A DNA stretch of 64,000 nucleotides from an uncultured Acidobacteriota bacterium (GTDB lineage: Bacteria > Acidobacteriota > Vicinamibacteria > Vicinamibacterales > UBA2999), in the NCBI GenBank assembly GCA_963807235.1, contig CAWEBF010000025.1, forward strand, positions 77,214-141,213, in the 5' to 3' direction. Shown in pieces: positions 28,667-39,396 of the stretch (position 1 is its first letter; every line of letters starts with the position of its first letter). The notes beneath the pieces were generated by a model. That model had not been told where the DNA came from, ran no database searches, and saw nothing but the letters and a program-made list of their open reading frames with translations. Made by a program: the position numbers and the translations under genes.

Positions 28667-29583
28667 TCGCGTCGCTCCACGAACGCCTCGCCGCCGAACG
28701 CGCGGATGCTGGCCAGGGCAAACAGGAACGACACGGTGAACACCATGACCGAGAGCGCGGACGCGAAGCCGAAACGGAGGTTCTGGAGCAGCGCGGTGAA
28801 GGTGAACAGCGCGATTGGCTCGGTGGCGCTGCCCGGACCGCCCCCGGTCATCACGTAGACGATGTCGAAGACCCGGAGGGCATCGAGGGTTCGGAAGAGG
28901 AACGCGACCAGCAGCGCCGGGCGAAGCAGCGGCAGCGTGATGTCCGTAAAGCGGCGCCATGGCCCGGCCCCGTCCATCGAGGCGGCTTCGTAGAGCGCGG
29001 AGTCGATGTTCTGCAGACCGGCGAGCAGCAGAACCCCGACAAACGGTGTCATCTTCCACACATCGGCCAGAATCAGCGGCACCCACGCGGCCGACGCGTC
29101 CGCAAACCAGGTCGGGGCGGCGACGCCGGCGCGGGCGGCGAGTGTGTCTGCGAGTCCGGACGGGCTCTCGAACATGAAGCGCCAGACCAGGGCCACGACC
29201 ACCGTCGGGATGGCCCAGGGCAGGAGCGCCGCCGTCCGTGCCAGCCCGCGCGCCCTCGTGATGCCGTTCAGCGCAAGGGCGAGCGCCAGGCCGCCGGCGA
29301 GCTCGAGCGTCACCGACACCGCCGCGAACAGCAGCGTGTGCCCAACCGCGCCGCGGAAGCGCGCATCGGCGAAGGCCTCGAGATAGTTGGCGCCGCCCAC
29401 GAACGGGCGGCCAAGCCAGGGCATGCGGAGATCGTGCAGGTGCATCGATTCCCACGCCGTCCACGCAATCGGGAAGACGGCAATCAGCGCAATCGTGCCG
29501 ATGGCGGGCAAGGCCAGCGCCCACGCCAGCCGCGCTTCGTGCCGCTGCCACGGCGCGTCCGGCGGGCGGGGCTCGACGATCAT
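28663..29583 (-). CDS. carbohydrate ABC transporter permease (MalF/UgpA-like)
   Basis: ORF 28663..29583. EAA-type loop YEAASMDGAGPWRRFTDITLPLL. Confidence 0.85.
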   Translation of the reverse strand: MIVEPRPPDAPWQRHEARLAWALALPAIGTIALIAVFPIAWTAWESMHLHDLRMPWLGRPFVGGANYLEAFADARFRGAVGHTLLFAAVSVTLELAGGLALALALNGITRARGLARTAALLPWAIPTVVVALVWRFMFESPSGLADTLAARAGVAAPTWFADASAAWVPLILADVWKMTPFVGVLLLAGLQNIDSALYEAASMDGAGPWRRFTDITLPLLRPALLVAFLFRTLDALRVFDIVYVMTGGGPGSATEPIALFTFTALLQNLRFGFASALSVMVFTVSFLFALASIRAFGGEAFVERRE

Positions 29584-30867
29584 GACGGCGGAGCCAGCTT
29601 CACTCTCACGAGCAGCTGTCGCATCGAGCGCGCGGCGTCTTGCAGCGCTGGGAGAGGATCCTGCTGACGCGTAAGCGCACGGTGCAGCGCTACCTGGAGG
29701 ATTTGCGACAGCTCGGTGTACACCGGCGTGACCGGCCGCGGGACCGCGCGCTCGATGATCAGGCGCGCGTCGTCCGGCGGCATGTCGAGCGCTGCTGCAA
29801 GTGCGTTCGAATCGTAGAGTGCCGGCCGCGGCGGAAATTGCCCGGCCAGTTGCGCCCGCTCGATCATCTGTGCCGGCTGCAGCAGATAGTCGATCAGCTT
29901 GTATGCCGCCTCCGGCTGCTCGCTGAACGCGCTGATCGCCAGTTGCGAACCTCCAAGCGCGGCCGTCGGCGTGCCCCCTGGACCCGCGGGCATCGGCGCG
30001 ACCGCAAACCGGCCCGCGACCTTCGAGTCGGGGTCATCCCGCAGCAGGGAGTACGCGTAGGGCCAGTTGCGCATCATCGCCGCCGCGCCGTTCTGGAACG
30101 CGAACCGCGCCTGCTCCTCCTGCCAGGTGAGGACGGCTTCCGGGGTGGCGCGCTGGACATGGATCATGTCGCGCATGGCGGTCAACGCTTTCACCGCAGG
30201 CTCCGCGTCGACCAACACACGACCCTGATCGTCCAGGATGGTGCCGCCGAATGCGCCCAGGATGTTCGAGGAACACGGTGACCAGGCCTTCGTAACGCGC
30301 ACCCTGCCAGACGAAACCGAACGGGATTTGTCCGCGTGCCGCCCCTTGGCTGGCAAATAGCGACAATTCGTCGATGGTGCGAGGCGCGCGCGGCAACAGG
30401 TCGGTCCGCCAATACAGCATGCCGACATCGATGAACCACGGCAGGGCGTGCAACCGGCCATTCCACCGGTTCGCGGCGACGGCGCCTTGGAAGAATTCGT
30501 CGACGGCAGGTTGAAAACGGTCGAGGCTGTCGATCCATCCTGCCGCCGCAAATTCAGGCGTCCAGACGACGTCGAGCTGGAGCACGTCGGGATCCGTGGC
30601 GCGTGCGTTCAGCCACTGCACGTAGAGCTGATGGCGCAGATCGGCGGCGTCGGGCGTCGGGCGCAGGGCGACGGTAATCGTGGGGTTCAGCCGTTGGAAA
30701 CGTTCGAGTTGCCGGCGGATGACCTCGCCCTCGCGGCCCACGAGACTCCCGGAGAACGTGAGCACGCGCTCGGGCGTGCGGATGCAACCAGCCAAGCCGA
30801 GGCTGACCCCGAGTGCGATCGCGCCGCACATCGTGGCCATCGATACGCCGAGGGAAAGTCTCTGCAT
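29580..30867 (-). CDS. sugar ABC transporter substrate-binding lipoprotein, one frameshift
   Basis: ORFs 30034..30867 (lipobox LGLAGC) and 29580..30551 join near 30255-30275 (…GLVTVFLE / ILGAFGGTILDDQG…). ATGA overlap with the permease start. Confidence 0.8.
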
Positions 30868-30942
30868 CGCCGCACGCCGACGTGGACTCGGCGGTCTACC
30901 GATAGGAAGTGTGCCTCAAGGACGAAGCGGCGGGCGAATCAG

Positions 30943-33650
30943 TCAGTCGGTGCGCAGAGCGGCGAGCGGGTCCACGCGACTGGCGCGCCGCGCGGGCAGA
31001 TAGGCAGCCAGCCATGCCGCGACGCCGAGCACGAGCGGCGCACCGATCAGGGCGACAGGATCGAACGTCCCGACGCCAAAGAGCAGCGTCGCGAGGAAGC
31101 GTGCCGCGAGCAGCGACGCGGCCACACCGATCACGCCGCCGACCAGCACCAGTCGCACGCCGTGCGTCGCGAGCAGCCGCGCAACGCCGGCGGCGTCGGC
31201 CCCGAGCGCCATGCGGATCCCGACCTCGCGGGTGCGCATGGCCACGGTGTAGCGCACCATCCCGTACACGCCGATGGCCGCCAGCGCCATGCCCATCGCC
31301 GCAAACGCCGAGAGCAGGACGGCGCCTATCTGCGACGGCAGTCTCGACATCGCCAGATGCTGCGTCATCGTCGTCGCCTGCATCACCCGCAAGTCCGGAT
31401 CGACCTGCTGGCCGGCGGCGACGAGCGCCAGTGACATTCGCGCCGGATCCGTGGCGGTGCGGACGACGAAGGTGGCCCGCCGGCAGGCCCTCGCCCTGCG
31501 TATAGGGCTCGTAGACAACGTCGCGGGGAGCTTCGCCGAGCGATCGCACGTTGATGTCGCTCGCCACGCCGACGACCATCAGGTCGGCCTCGGCCGGATC
31601 GGGCCGGCGGAGGATCCGGCCCAGCGCGTTGCCGTCCGGCCAGTAGCGGCGGGCCATCGCCTGGCTGATGATGGCCACCGGCTGACTGTCGCGCCGGTCG
31701 CCATCGTTGAAGGTGCGGCCATCCACGATCGCCATGCCGGCCGCGTCGAAGAACCCGCCGTCCACTGTCGCGCTTTCGGCGCGAAACGCCTCCCGGCCCG
31801 GCGGGCGGAACGCGGCCGTCGATGGTGAAGTCAGTGTGGCTGGAGGAGAACTCGAGCGGCAGTGGCCAGACGAGGCCGACGGCCTCGACGCCCGGCAGCG
31901 TCCGAAAGCGTTCGAGCAGACGCCGCGTGCGCTGCACGGCGTCGTCAGGTGTTGATCGCGTGACCGGCATCATGACAGACAGTATCGATGTCGGAGCCCG
32001 GCCGAAGCCCGGATCCACGGCCAGCATCTGCTGCCAGCTCCTCAGGAACAGCCCGGCCCCCACGAGCAACACGAGCGACATGGCAATCTGGGCGACGACC
32101 AGCACGTTGCGCCATCTGAGCAGTCCCGGGCGCATCGCTTCCTCTGCTGCCTGTCTTGAGCGCCGAGCCGAGATCGGCGCGCGTTCCCTGAACGGCCGGG
32201 ACGAGTCCGAGAAGGCCCCCTGCCAACACGCCGGCGCCAGCCGTGAGCGCCAGCACTCTCCAGTCGAACAGCGCCCTCCAGTCGAGGCCGAGGTGAAGGT
32301 CGAGCCTCATGCCATAGGGCAACGGCAAGTCGACCGACAGCAGAACGTCGAGGAGCACGAGCGCCAGGACGAGGCCGACAGCCGCGCCGCCGAGCCCCAG
32401 CAGCGCGCTCTCGACGAGCAGCTGGCGCGCGAGCGCGCCTCGCGTCGCGCCGAGGGCGCGCCGCACGGCGACCTCCTGCGCCCGATCGAGCGCACGCGCC
32501 ACCAGAAAGCTCGCGAGATTCGTGCACGCCAGCAGCAGCACCAGTCCCACGACGGCCAGCAGCAGCCAGGTTGCCGCGCGCAGAAGCGGATCCACTCCAG
32601 GGACGACCTGCACGTCGGAGGTCGGCACGAGCACAAACTGCTCTCCGGGAACCCACCCCTCGGGCCGCGCGACGGTGAGAGACGCCGCCACGAGGGACGC
32701 GGCGTGCTCGGCCTGCGCTCGGGTGACGCCGGGTGCGAGCCGCGCCTTGACGAAGAAGCTGTGGAAGTCGCGCTGGTCGAGCATCTCGATGCCCATCAGC
32801 TCGTCCTGCATGGCCATCGGGACGTAGAAGGCGGGCGTGAGGGCCGGAAGGCCACCGCGATAGTCGGCCGGGGCGACACCGATGATCGTGTAGCTGCGCC
32901 CTCCCATCTGCAGCGTGCGGCCGACCACCTGCGGGTCGCCGCCGAAGGCGCGTTGCCAGTAGCCGTGGCTGAGCATCACCACCGGATGGCCGCCCCGCGC
33001 GACATCGTCGTCGGCCTGAATCGCTCTGCCAAGCGTGCGGCTCGATGCCGAGCAGCGCAAACGCGCCTCCCGTCACGGCCTCGCCCATGACGGTGCCCAC
33101 CGTGCCCCCGCGATCGATTTGCGCGACGGCGAACGTCGACGCCGCGATCCCGCGGAAGACGTGGGTCGTGCCCTTGCGCAGGTCCTCGATATTCGGGTAG
33201 CGACATCGGATTGAACCCGCGCCCGCCTTCGGATTCGTAGATGTTGACGAGGGTCTCGGGGTGGTCGAGCGGGGACTCGCGGAAGAGCACGGCGTGAGCG
33301 ACGCCGAAGATCGTCGCATTTGCGCCGATGCCGATCGCCAGCGACAGCACGGCCATCGCCGAGAAGCCCGGATGGCGGCGCAGCGAGCGCAGGCCGTAGC
33401 GGACGTCGCGCGCGAGGTTCTCGATGCGGGCGGCACGGAACTCGTCCCGCGTCCGCTCTCGCACCTGTTCCACGCCGCCGAATCGGATCAACGCCTGCCG
33501 CCGCGCTTCGTCCGGCGCCATGCCGGCGCGCAGGTTCTTCTCGGTCTGCTGCTCGACATGGAAGCGGATCTCGTCATCGAGCCTATCCTCGAGCTCCGTC
33601 CGGCGGCCGAGCGAACGGAGCCGCCGCCACACGTCAGCGAGCGCACCCAT
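30943..33650 (-). pseudogene. ADOP-like duplicated MacB/FtsX permease, copy 2, at least 5 frame changes
   Basis: Homologous sequence runs through six ORF fragments in different frames: 32976..33650, 32042..33436, 31945..33060, 31383..32135, 30896..31765 and 30943..31518. It starts with the PadR-associated prefix DRLDDEIRFHVEQQTEKNLRAGMAPDEARRQALIRFGG and ends LPARRASRVDPLAALRTD. Confidence 0.75.
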
Positions 33651-33659
33651 CAGGCCCTC

Positions 33660-34001
33660 TCAGTTCACGGTCGTCACGTCGAGAACGAGGTTGATCGCGC
33701 GCGACATGCGTCGCCACTGCGCCAGCGACTCGTTCAGGTGCCGCCGCCCGCGCGCGGTCAATGAGTAGTAGCGCGCGCGCCGGTTGTTGTCGGTGACGCG
33801 CCACTCGGAGCGGATGAAGTCCTGCCGCTCCAGGCGATAGAGCGCCGGATAGAGCGTCCCCTGCCCGAGCTGCAGCACGTGCTCCGACCATTGCTCGATG
33901 CGTTCGGTGATGCCCCAGCCGTGCATCGGTTCCAGCTGCAAGGCTCTGAGCACCAGCATGTCGAGCGTCCCCTGCAGCACGTCGCTTCTGTCCTTGGCCA
34001 A
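33660..34001 (-). CDS. PadR-family transcriptional regulator
   Basis: ORF 33660..34043. I prefer TTG 34001, which sits 7 nt after GAAAGGAG. PadR signature LQGTLDMLVLRAL...HGWGITERI...GTLYPALYRLERQDFI...RRARYYSLT. Confidence 0.85.
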   Translation of the reverse strand: MAKDRSDVLQGTLDMLVLRALQLEPMHGWGITERIEQWSEHVLQLGQGTLYPALYRLERQDFIRSEWRVTDNNRRARYYSLTARGRRHLNESLAQWRRMSRAINLVLDVTTVN

Positions 34002-34050
34002 CGCGGCGCTCCTTTCGACCGACGAAAGGAGTCTATCAGGCACTCCTTTC
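34002..34050 (-). promoter_or_regulatory. SD-like / anti-SD / SD triplet in the PadR leader (possible translational switch)
   Basis: The minus-strand RNA reads GAAAGGAGU(34050-34042)-9 nt-ACUCCUUUC(34032-34024)-7 nt-GAAAGGAG(34016-34009)-7 nt-UUG(34001). The middle element can pair with either flank. Confidence 0.4.
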
Positions 34051-34087
34051 GAACGTCAAGGGGAGCGTCAACCTGGATGGTCGGGTG

Positions 34088-36522
34088 CTAGGTGTCGGCT
34101 CGCAAGGCGACGATGGGGTCCACGCGCGACGCACGACGGGCGGGAAGATACGTCGCCAGCAACGCTACCGCCGCCAGGGCGCCTGATACGGCCGCATATG
34201 TGACCGGATCCGTCGGACCGACCCCGAACAGGAACGCCGACATGACACGCGTGAGCCCGATTGCGACGCCGATGCCGAGAACGATGCCGGTGAACGTCAG
34301 GGAGAGTCCATGGCGGAGAAACATCTTCCGGACATCTCCAGTCTGTGCGCCGAGCGCCATCCGCACGCCAATCTCGCGCGTCCGCTGCGTGGCCGCGTAG
34401 GCGATCACGCCGTAGATGCCCACGACGCCGATGAGGAGCGCGACGCTCGCGGCAATGCCGAGCATCACCAGCGCGAACGATGTCTGCGCCATGGAACGCG
34501 CCTGAATCTCTTCAAGCGTCTGCACGTTGGCCAGCGGCAGGTTCCGATCGACCGACCAGACTGCCTGCTCGAGCTCGCGCAGAAAACCCGGTGCGCCGAC
34601 TCGCGTGGAGCGCACGGCGAACGCCATCGTGCGCCATCGATAGGTCTCATTCAGCATCGGCCAGTACACGATCGCCGTCGGTGGCCGGTGCAGCCCATCG
34701 TCGCGCTCGTCACCGACCACGCCCACGACCTCCCGCCACGGCGGCTGCAGGCTGGCACGCACACGCCTGCCAATCGCCTTCGAAGGATCTTGCCAATACT
34801 CCCTGGCGAGCGTTTCCGAAATGACGATGACCGGCCGTTGCTGGTGGATCTCGCTCCACGTGATGGAGCGCCCCGCGACCAGACGGTTGCCCATCGTCTC
34901 GAAATAGCCCGGCGCGAAACTCTTGAACCGCCGGAGCCGGCCCCTTTCGCCTTCCGGCACCGGTGCGCCTTCCCACTCGATCGAGTTGCCGTTGTCCTCG
35001 CCGTCCATCGTGATGGACGACGAGAGACCAACGGACCCGACGCCTGGGACTTGACTAGCCGTTCCGCGACGCGCTCGAAGACGCGCGCGGTCTCCTGTGG
35101 ATCGCTGATGAGACCTTCCGGTATCGCGAGGACGAACGTCTGGACCTCCTCCGGACGCGTGAACCCCGGGTCGACCTGTCGCATGGCAATGAACGTCCGA
35201 ATCATCAGCCCCGATGCGATCAGCAACGTCAGAGCCAATGCGACTTGTCCCACGACCAGCACATTGCGGGTGCGGTGCCGGCCAGGAGCGTCGCCCGCCG
35301 ACCGGCCTCCTTCCTTCAGCGCCGCCATACTCGGCGTCCCGAACCGCAGGACCGCAATCAGGCCGAACAGAACACCGCTGAGCAGGGAGACGGACACGGT
35401 GAACAGCAAGACTCTTCCGTCGATACCGATGTCGTCCACACGCGGCAGCTCCGCCGGGGCGATCCGTCGCAGCAGCCCGGTCGCGGCCTGGGCAAGCGCC
35501 ACGCCGACCGCACCGCCCGCGAGTGCCAGTACCACGCTCTCCGACAGCAGCGCGCGCGCGATGCGGCCACGGCTGGCCCCAAGCGCTCCACGCATGGCGA
35601 ACTCCTGCTGACGTCCCTCCGCGCGCACCAGGTAGAGGTTCGCCACGTTCCCACACGCGATGAGCAGCACGACTCCGACGGCGGCCAGGAGAATCCAGAG
35701 GATCTCCCCGACGTTGCCGATCACGTCGTCTGCCAGCGGGCGCACGTTCGGCTGTAGCTCGAGTCTCGCAAAGATCGGCGGGAGCAGTGAGATCAGGCGC
35801 GCCACGTCGGCGTTGGCCTGTGCCAGCGTGACGCCTGGCTTCAACCGCGCGAGCGCCTGAAACCCGAAGCTGATTCCGCGCGGCGCGTTTGCGTCCAGTG
35901 GCATCGGCAACACGACGTCGGGCCGGGTACTCAGGAACTTGAACGACGAGGGCAGCACTCCGATCACTTCGACCGGGGCACCATCGATCGCGAGGGACTG
36001 GCCGACGATTGATTCAGCACCACCGAACCGGCGCTGCCAATAGCCGTAGGTCAGCAGCACTCGCGACGGAGTGCCCGGCGTATCGTCTTCGGCACCGAAC
36101 GCCCGGCCGAGGACGGGCTGTACGCGCAGCAGGGGCAAGGTGGCAGCACTGACCAGCAGAGCCTGAACACGCTCCGGATTACCGCCTCCAGTGATGGAGA
36201 CCTCGGCGGAGTCCCAGACGCCGATCGCCTCGAAGGCTTTCTGGTTCTCGCGATACGTGAAATAGGTGGCGGGGCCATGATTGGTCCCCGCTCCGTGCGG
36301 CGCGTGTTGCCGCAGGCTGACCAGCCTCTCGGGTTCCTGGAAGGGCAGGGGTTTCAGCAACACGCCGTGCACCACGCTGAAAATCGCAGCGGTGGCGCCG
36401 ATGCCCAACGCCAGAGTCAGGACGGTCGCGGACGCAAAGGCCGGCTTCTTCCAGAACGTGCGCGTGGCATAGCGCAGGTCCTGCCAGAGATCGCCCAGAA
36501 GGTGTCCGGTTGGATCGCCCAT
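34088..36522 (-). CDS. ADOP-like duplicated MacB/FtsX permease, copy 3, one frameshift
   Basis: ATG 36522 lies inside ORF 34651..36672. It joins ORF 34088..35656 near 35040-35065 (…RVFERVAERL / VPGVGSVGLSSSITMDG…) and ends YLPARRASRVDPIVALRADT. Confidence 0.8.
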
Positions 36523-36577
36523 CCTGCTGTGAATACTACGCGTGACCGAGGGCGTTACTTTCGTGCGGGCATCCCCG

Positions 36578-36606
36578 TTGACATACATAGCACTGCAATG
36601 TATAAC
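36578..36606 (+). promoter_or_regulatory. sigma70-like promoter with embedded inverted repeat upstream of a PadR gene
   Basis: TTGACA (36578-36583), a 17-nt spacer, then TATAAC (36601-36606). ATACAT(36583-36588)-N9-ATGTAT(36598-36603) spans the spacer. The ATG is at 36617, so the leader is very short. Confidence 0.5.
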
Positions 36607-36616
36607 GGTTCTACGT

Positions 36617-36955
36617 ATGGAACTCGCGAAGGATCTGGTTGCCGCCTCTGCCACGCCGCTCGTGCTCGCCATCCTTGTCGAAGGCGACAGCTACGGCTAC
36701 GCCATCATCAAACGGGTGACCGAACTCTCGGGCGGCCACCTGCAGTGGACGGACGGCATGCTCTACCCGGTGCTGCACCGGCTCGAGCGCCAGAGCCTGG
36801 TCGCGGCGAAGTGGGTCGCGTCGGACAGCGGCCGGAGGCGCAAGTACTACCGCATCACCAGAGAAGGCCGGGCCGCGCTTGATGCCCAGCGGCAGCAGTG
36901 GCAGGTCGTGGATGACACCCTGCGGGGTATCTGGATGAAGGCGTGCACGGCATGA
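36617..36955 (+). CDS. PadR-family transcriptional regulator
   Basis: ATG 36617 lies inside ORF 36542..36955. Signature LVLAILVEGDSYGYAIIKRV...GMLYPVLHRLERQSLV...RRRKYYRIT. Confidence 0.85.
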   Translation: MELAKDLVAASATPLVLAILVEGDSYGYAIIKRVTELSGGHLQWTDGMLYPVLHRLERQSLVAAKWVASDSGRRRKYYRITREGRAALDAQRQQWQVVDDTLRGIWMKACTA

Positions 36956-38353
36956 CGCCCTTCGTCGAGGCACCGCTCGAGGAGCACATCGCGCAGTGGC
37001 GGGCGTACCTACGCCGCCGGCCGGCCCTTCACGGTCCCGACGTGGAAGAACTCGAGGGACACCTGCGCGACCAGCTGGTGGCGCTCACCGAGGCCGGCCT
37101 GTCGGGGGACGAAGCCTTCCTGGTCGCGGTCAAGCGCATGGGCAGCCTGGATGCTCTCTCACGCGAGTTCGCACGCGCGCATTCCGAGCGGCTGTGGAAG
37201 CAGCTGGTCATGGCGCCGGAGGCGGACGCACCCGCGAACGCCTCACGCACCGAGATCCTCGTCGTCCTGGGCCTTGCCGTCGCGGCGGCGATTGGCGGTC
37301 AAGGTTCCGGCGCTGTTCGGTCTTCCGCTCAGCCCCGATGAGGAAGTGCCGCCGTTCTACTTCCGGAACGCCAGCCTGTTCGTTTTCCCGCTGCTCACGA
37401 TCTACTTCATGTGGAAGCGTGGGTCGGGCGTTGCGATCGGCCTCTGGCTGGCGTTGCCCTTCGCGGCCGCGGCTGTGTTCGCGAACGTCTACCCCTTCAA
37501 CAATTCAGAACGGCTCGACAACTTCCCGATGGGCAGCGACACTCACGTGCTGACCGTTCTGCACCTTCCAATCGCCCTATGGCTGGCCGTCGGCTTCGCG
37601 TATGTCCGGGGCCGATGGTTCGCCGACGGTGGGCGAATGAACTTCGTGCGGTTCTCGGGCGAGCTGGCCATCTACTACGTGCTCATCGCGCTCGGCGGGG
37701 GAGTCGTCACCGCTTTTACGTTCATGATGTTCTCCGCCATCGACATGAATCCTGCGTGGTTCGTCGGGGGCTGGCTGATCCCGTGCGGGGCGGCGGGAGC
37801 CGTCATCATCGGATCCTGGCTGGTGGAGGCGAAGCAAAGCGTCATCGAGAACATGGCGCCGGTGCTGACCAGGCTGTTCACGCCGCTGTTCACGGTTCTG
37901 CTGCTGGCGTTTCTGGCGACGATGGCGTGGACGGGCAGCCCCATCAACATCGAGCGGGAGGTGCTCATCGGTTTCGATCTGCTGCTGGCCGTCGTCGTCG
38001 GGCTGGTGCTCTACGCTGCGTCCGCGCGCGACCCGCAGGCGCCGCCCGACTTCTTCGATGGCCTGCAGCTGCTGCTCGTGGTCAGCGCGCTCGTGGTCGA
38101 CGGGGTGGCGCTGGCGGCGATCGCGGCCCGCATCTCCGAGTTTGGCTTCACTCCCAACCGGGTGGCGGCTCTTGGCGAGAACCTCATTCTGCTCGTCAAC
38201 CTGGCGTGGTCGGCGTGGCTCTATGCGCGTTTCCTACGTGGTCGCGGCTCGTTTGCCGCCCTGGAGCGATGGCAGGTGGCCTATCTGCCGGTGTACTCCG
38301 CGTGGGCGGCGCTGGTCGTCGTGGTGTTTCCGCCGGTATTCGGCTACCGCTGA
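36952..38353 (+). CDS. PadR-coupled membrane protein: cytoplasmic 'prefix' helix domain plus polytopic (DUF4153-like) membrane domain, one frameshift
   Basis: ATG 36952 overlaps the PadR stop (ATGA). The prefix reads EEHIAQWRAYLRRRPALHGPDVEELEGHLRDQLVALTEAGLSGDEAFLVAVKRMG. ORFs 36943..37341 and 37151..38353 join near 37290-37300. Confidence 0.6.
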
Positions 38354-38397
38354 TGCATCCGTGAAGACCCTCAACGGCAGGAACTAGTCGGGGTGGG

Positions 38398-39243
38398 TCA
38401 GACAATCACCGATCGGGCTCGAAGGAAAGCGCGGGCGAAGTCGGCCCGCCCCTCGACATGAACGGCGCCCTCGGCTTCGCCTGGGCGCAACGCATTGAAC
38501 AGCAGCTTCCACGCCGTGTCATCGTTCAGACGGATGCGAGTCGTCGGCGATGGCGGATGTCCCTGCCATAACGTCCAACGTTGCTCCTGGCGCGATAGGG
38601 TCCATTGGCCACCGCTCGCACCTCGAATGTCGAGGAAGACAGTCTGCCCAGGCTCCGCAGTCACATCACGGAAGGCGTGCGGTAACCCGCGAACGGCGAC
38701 ATCGATCACGGAGCGGAGATAGCGTGGGTCGGCGAGTGCGCCGGCACCAGTGGCCATTCGGACCTGCTGTTGGTGGTGCCACAGCTCCGTGAACTCACGC
38801 CCGATGTCAAACCAGCCGGCCGAAGCCTGTTCGCCCGCCCACGACACCGGGAACAGCGCTGGCTCGTCGAGTGAGAGAGATTCGAACCAGTCGGCTGCCT
38901 CGCCGCTGGCACGATCGTACAGATCGGTCAGTACGCGGTGACTCAACCGCTTCGCGGACTCCACCCATTGCGCGTTCAGGTCGTTGATGAATTCGACGAA
39001 GTCGCGTTCGGACACAATCGGACTCGAGGGAGCCGGAGGCATCATCCGATCACGATGGAACGAAAGGCGACGGAGTGTCGAGTCAAGAAGGTGAGCGACG
39101 ACGTCGCGGACGACCCATGTGCCGGCAACCGTTGGTCGGTCCCAAAGATCCACGGACAGTCCCCGAAGGATCGTTACGAGGTTGTGGGAAACCGGACGGA
39201 ACAGCGGACGGGTATCGATCGCGACCGGTGACTCGAGCGGCAT
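38398..39243 (-). CDS. DinB/mycothiol-maleylpyruvate-isomerase N-terminal-domain family protein
   Basis: ATG 39243 lies inside ORF 38398..39294 and is preceded by GGAGAGAAGGA. The N-terminal four-helix pattern reads LVTILRGLSVDLWDRPTVAGTWVVRDVVAHLLD. Confidence 0.55.
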   Translation of the reverse strand: MPLESPVAIDTRPLFRPVSHNLVTILRGLSVDLWDRPTVAGTWVVRDVVAHLLDSTLRRLSFHRDRMMPPAPSSPIVSERDFVEFINDLNAQWVESAKRLSHRVLTDLYDRASGEAADWFESLSLDEPALFPVSWAGEQASAGWFDIGREFTELWHHQQQVRMATGAGALADPRYLRSVIDVAVRGLPHAFRDVTAEPGQTVFLDIRGASGGQWTLSRQEQRWTLWQGHPPSPTTRIRLNDDTAWKLLFNALRPGEAEGAVHVEGRADFARAFLRARSVIV

Positions 39244-39396
39244 ACGTATATCCTTCTCTCCGGGTCCTTGGCGAGGTTGTCGACTGAAAGACACTCAAGA
39301 GCGAGGGATGTGACCGCGAATTAGCACCGCGTGTGACGGCCCGGCGACCAGACCAACTCCAGAAGGAGTTGGCTGGCCCCTGGGTTTCCGACAGTC

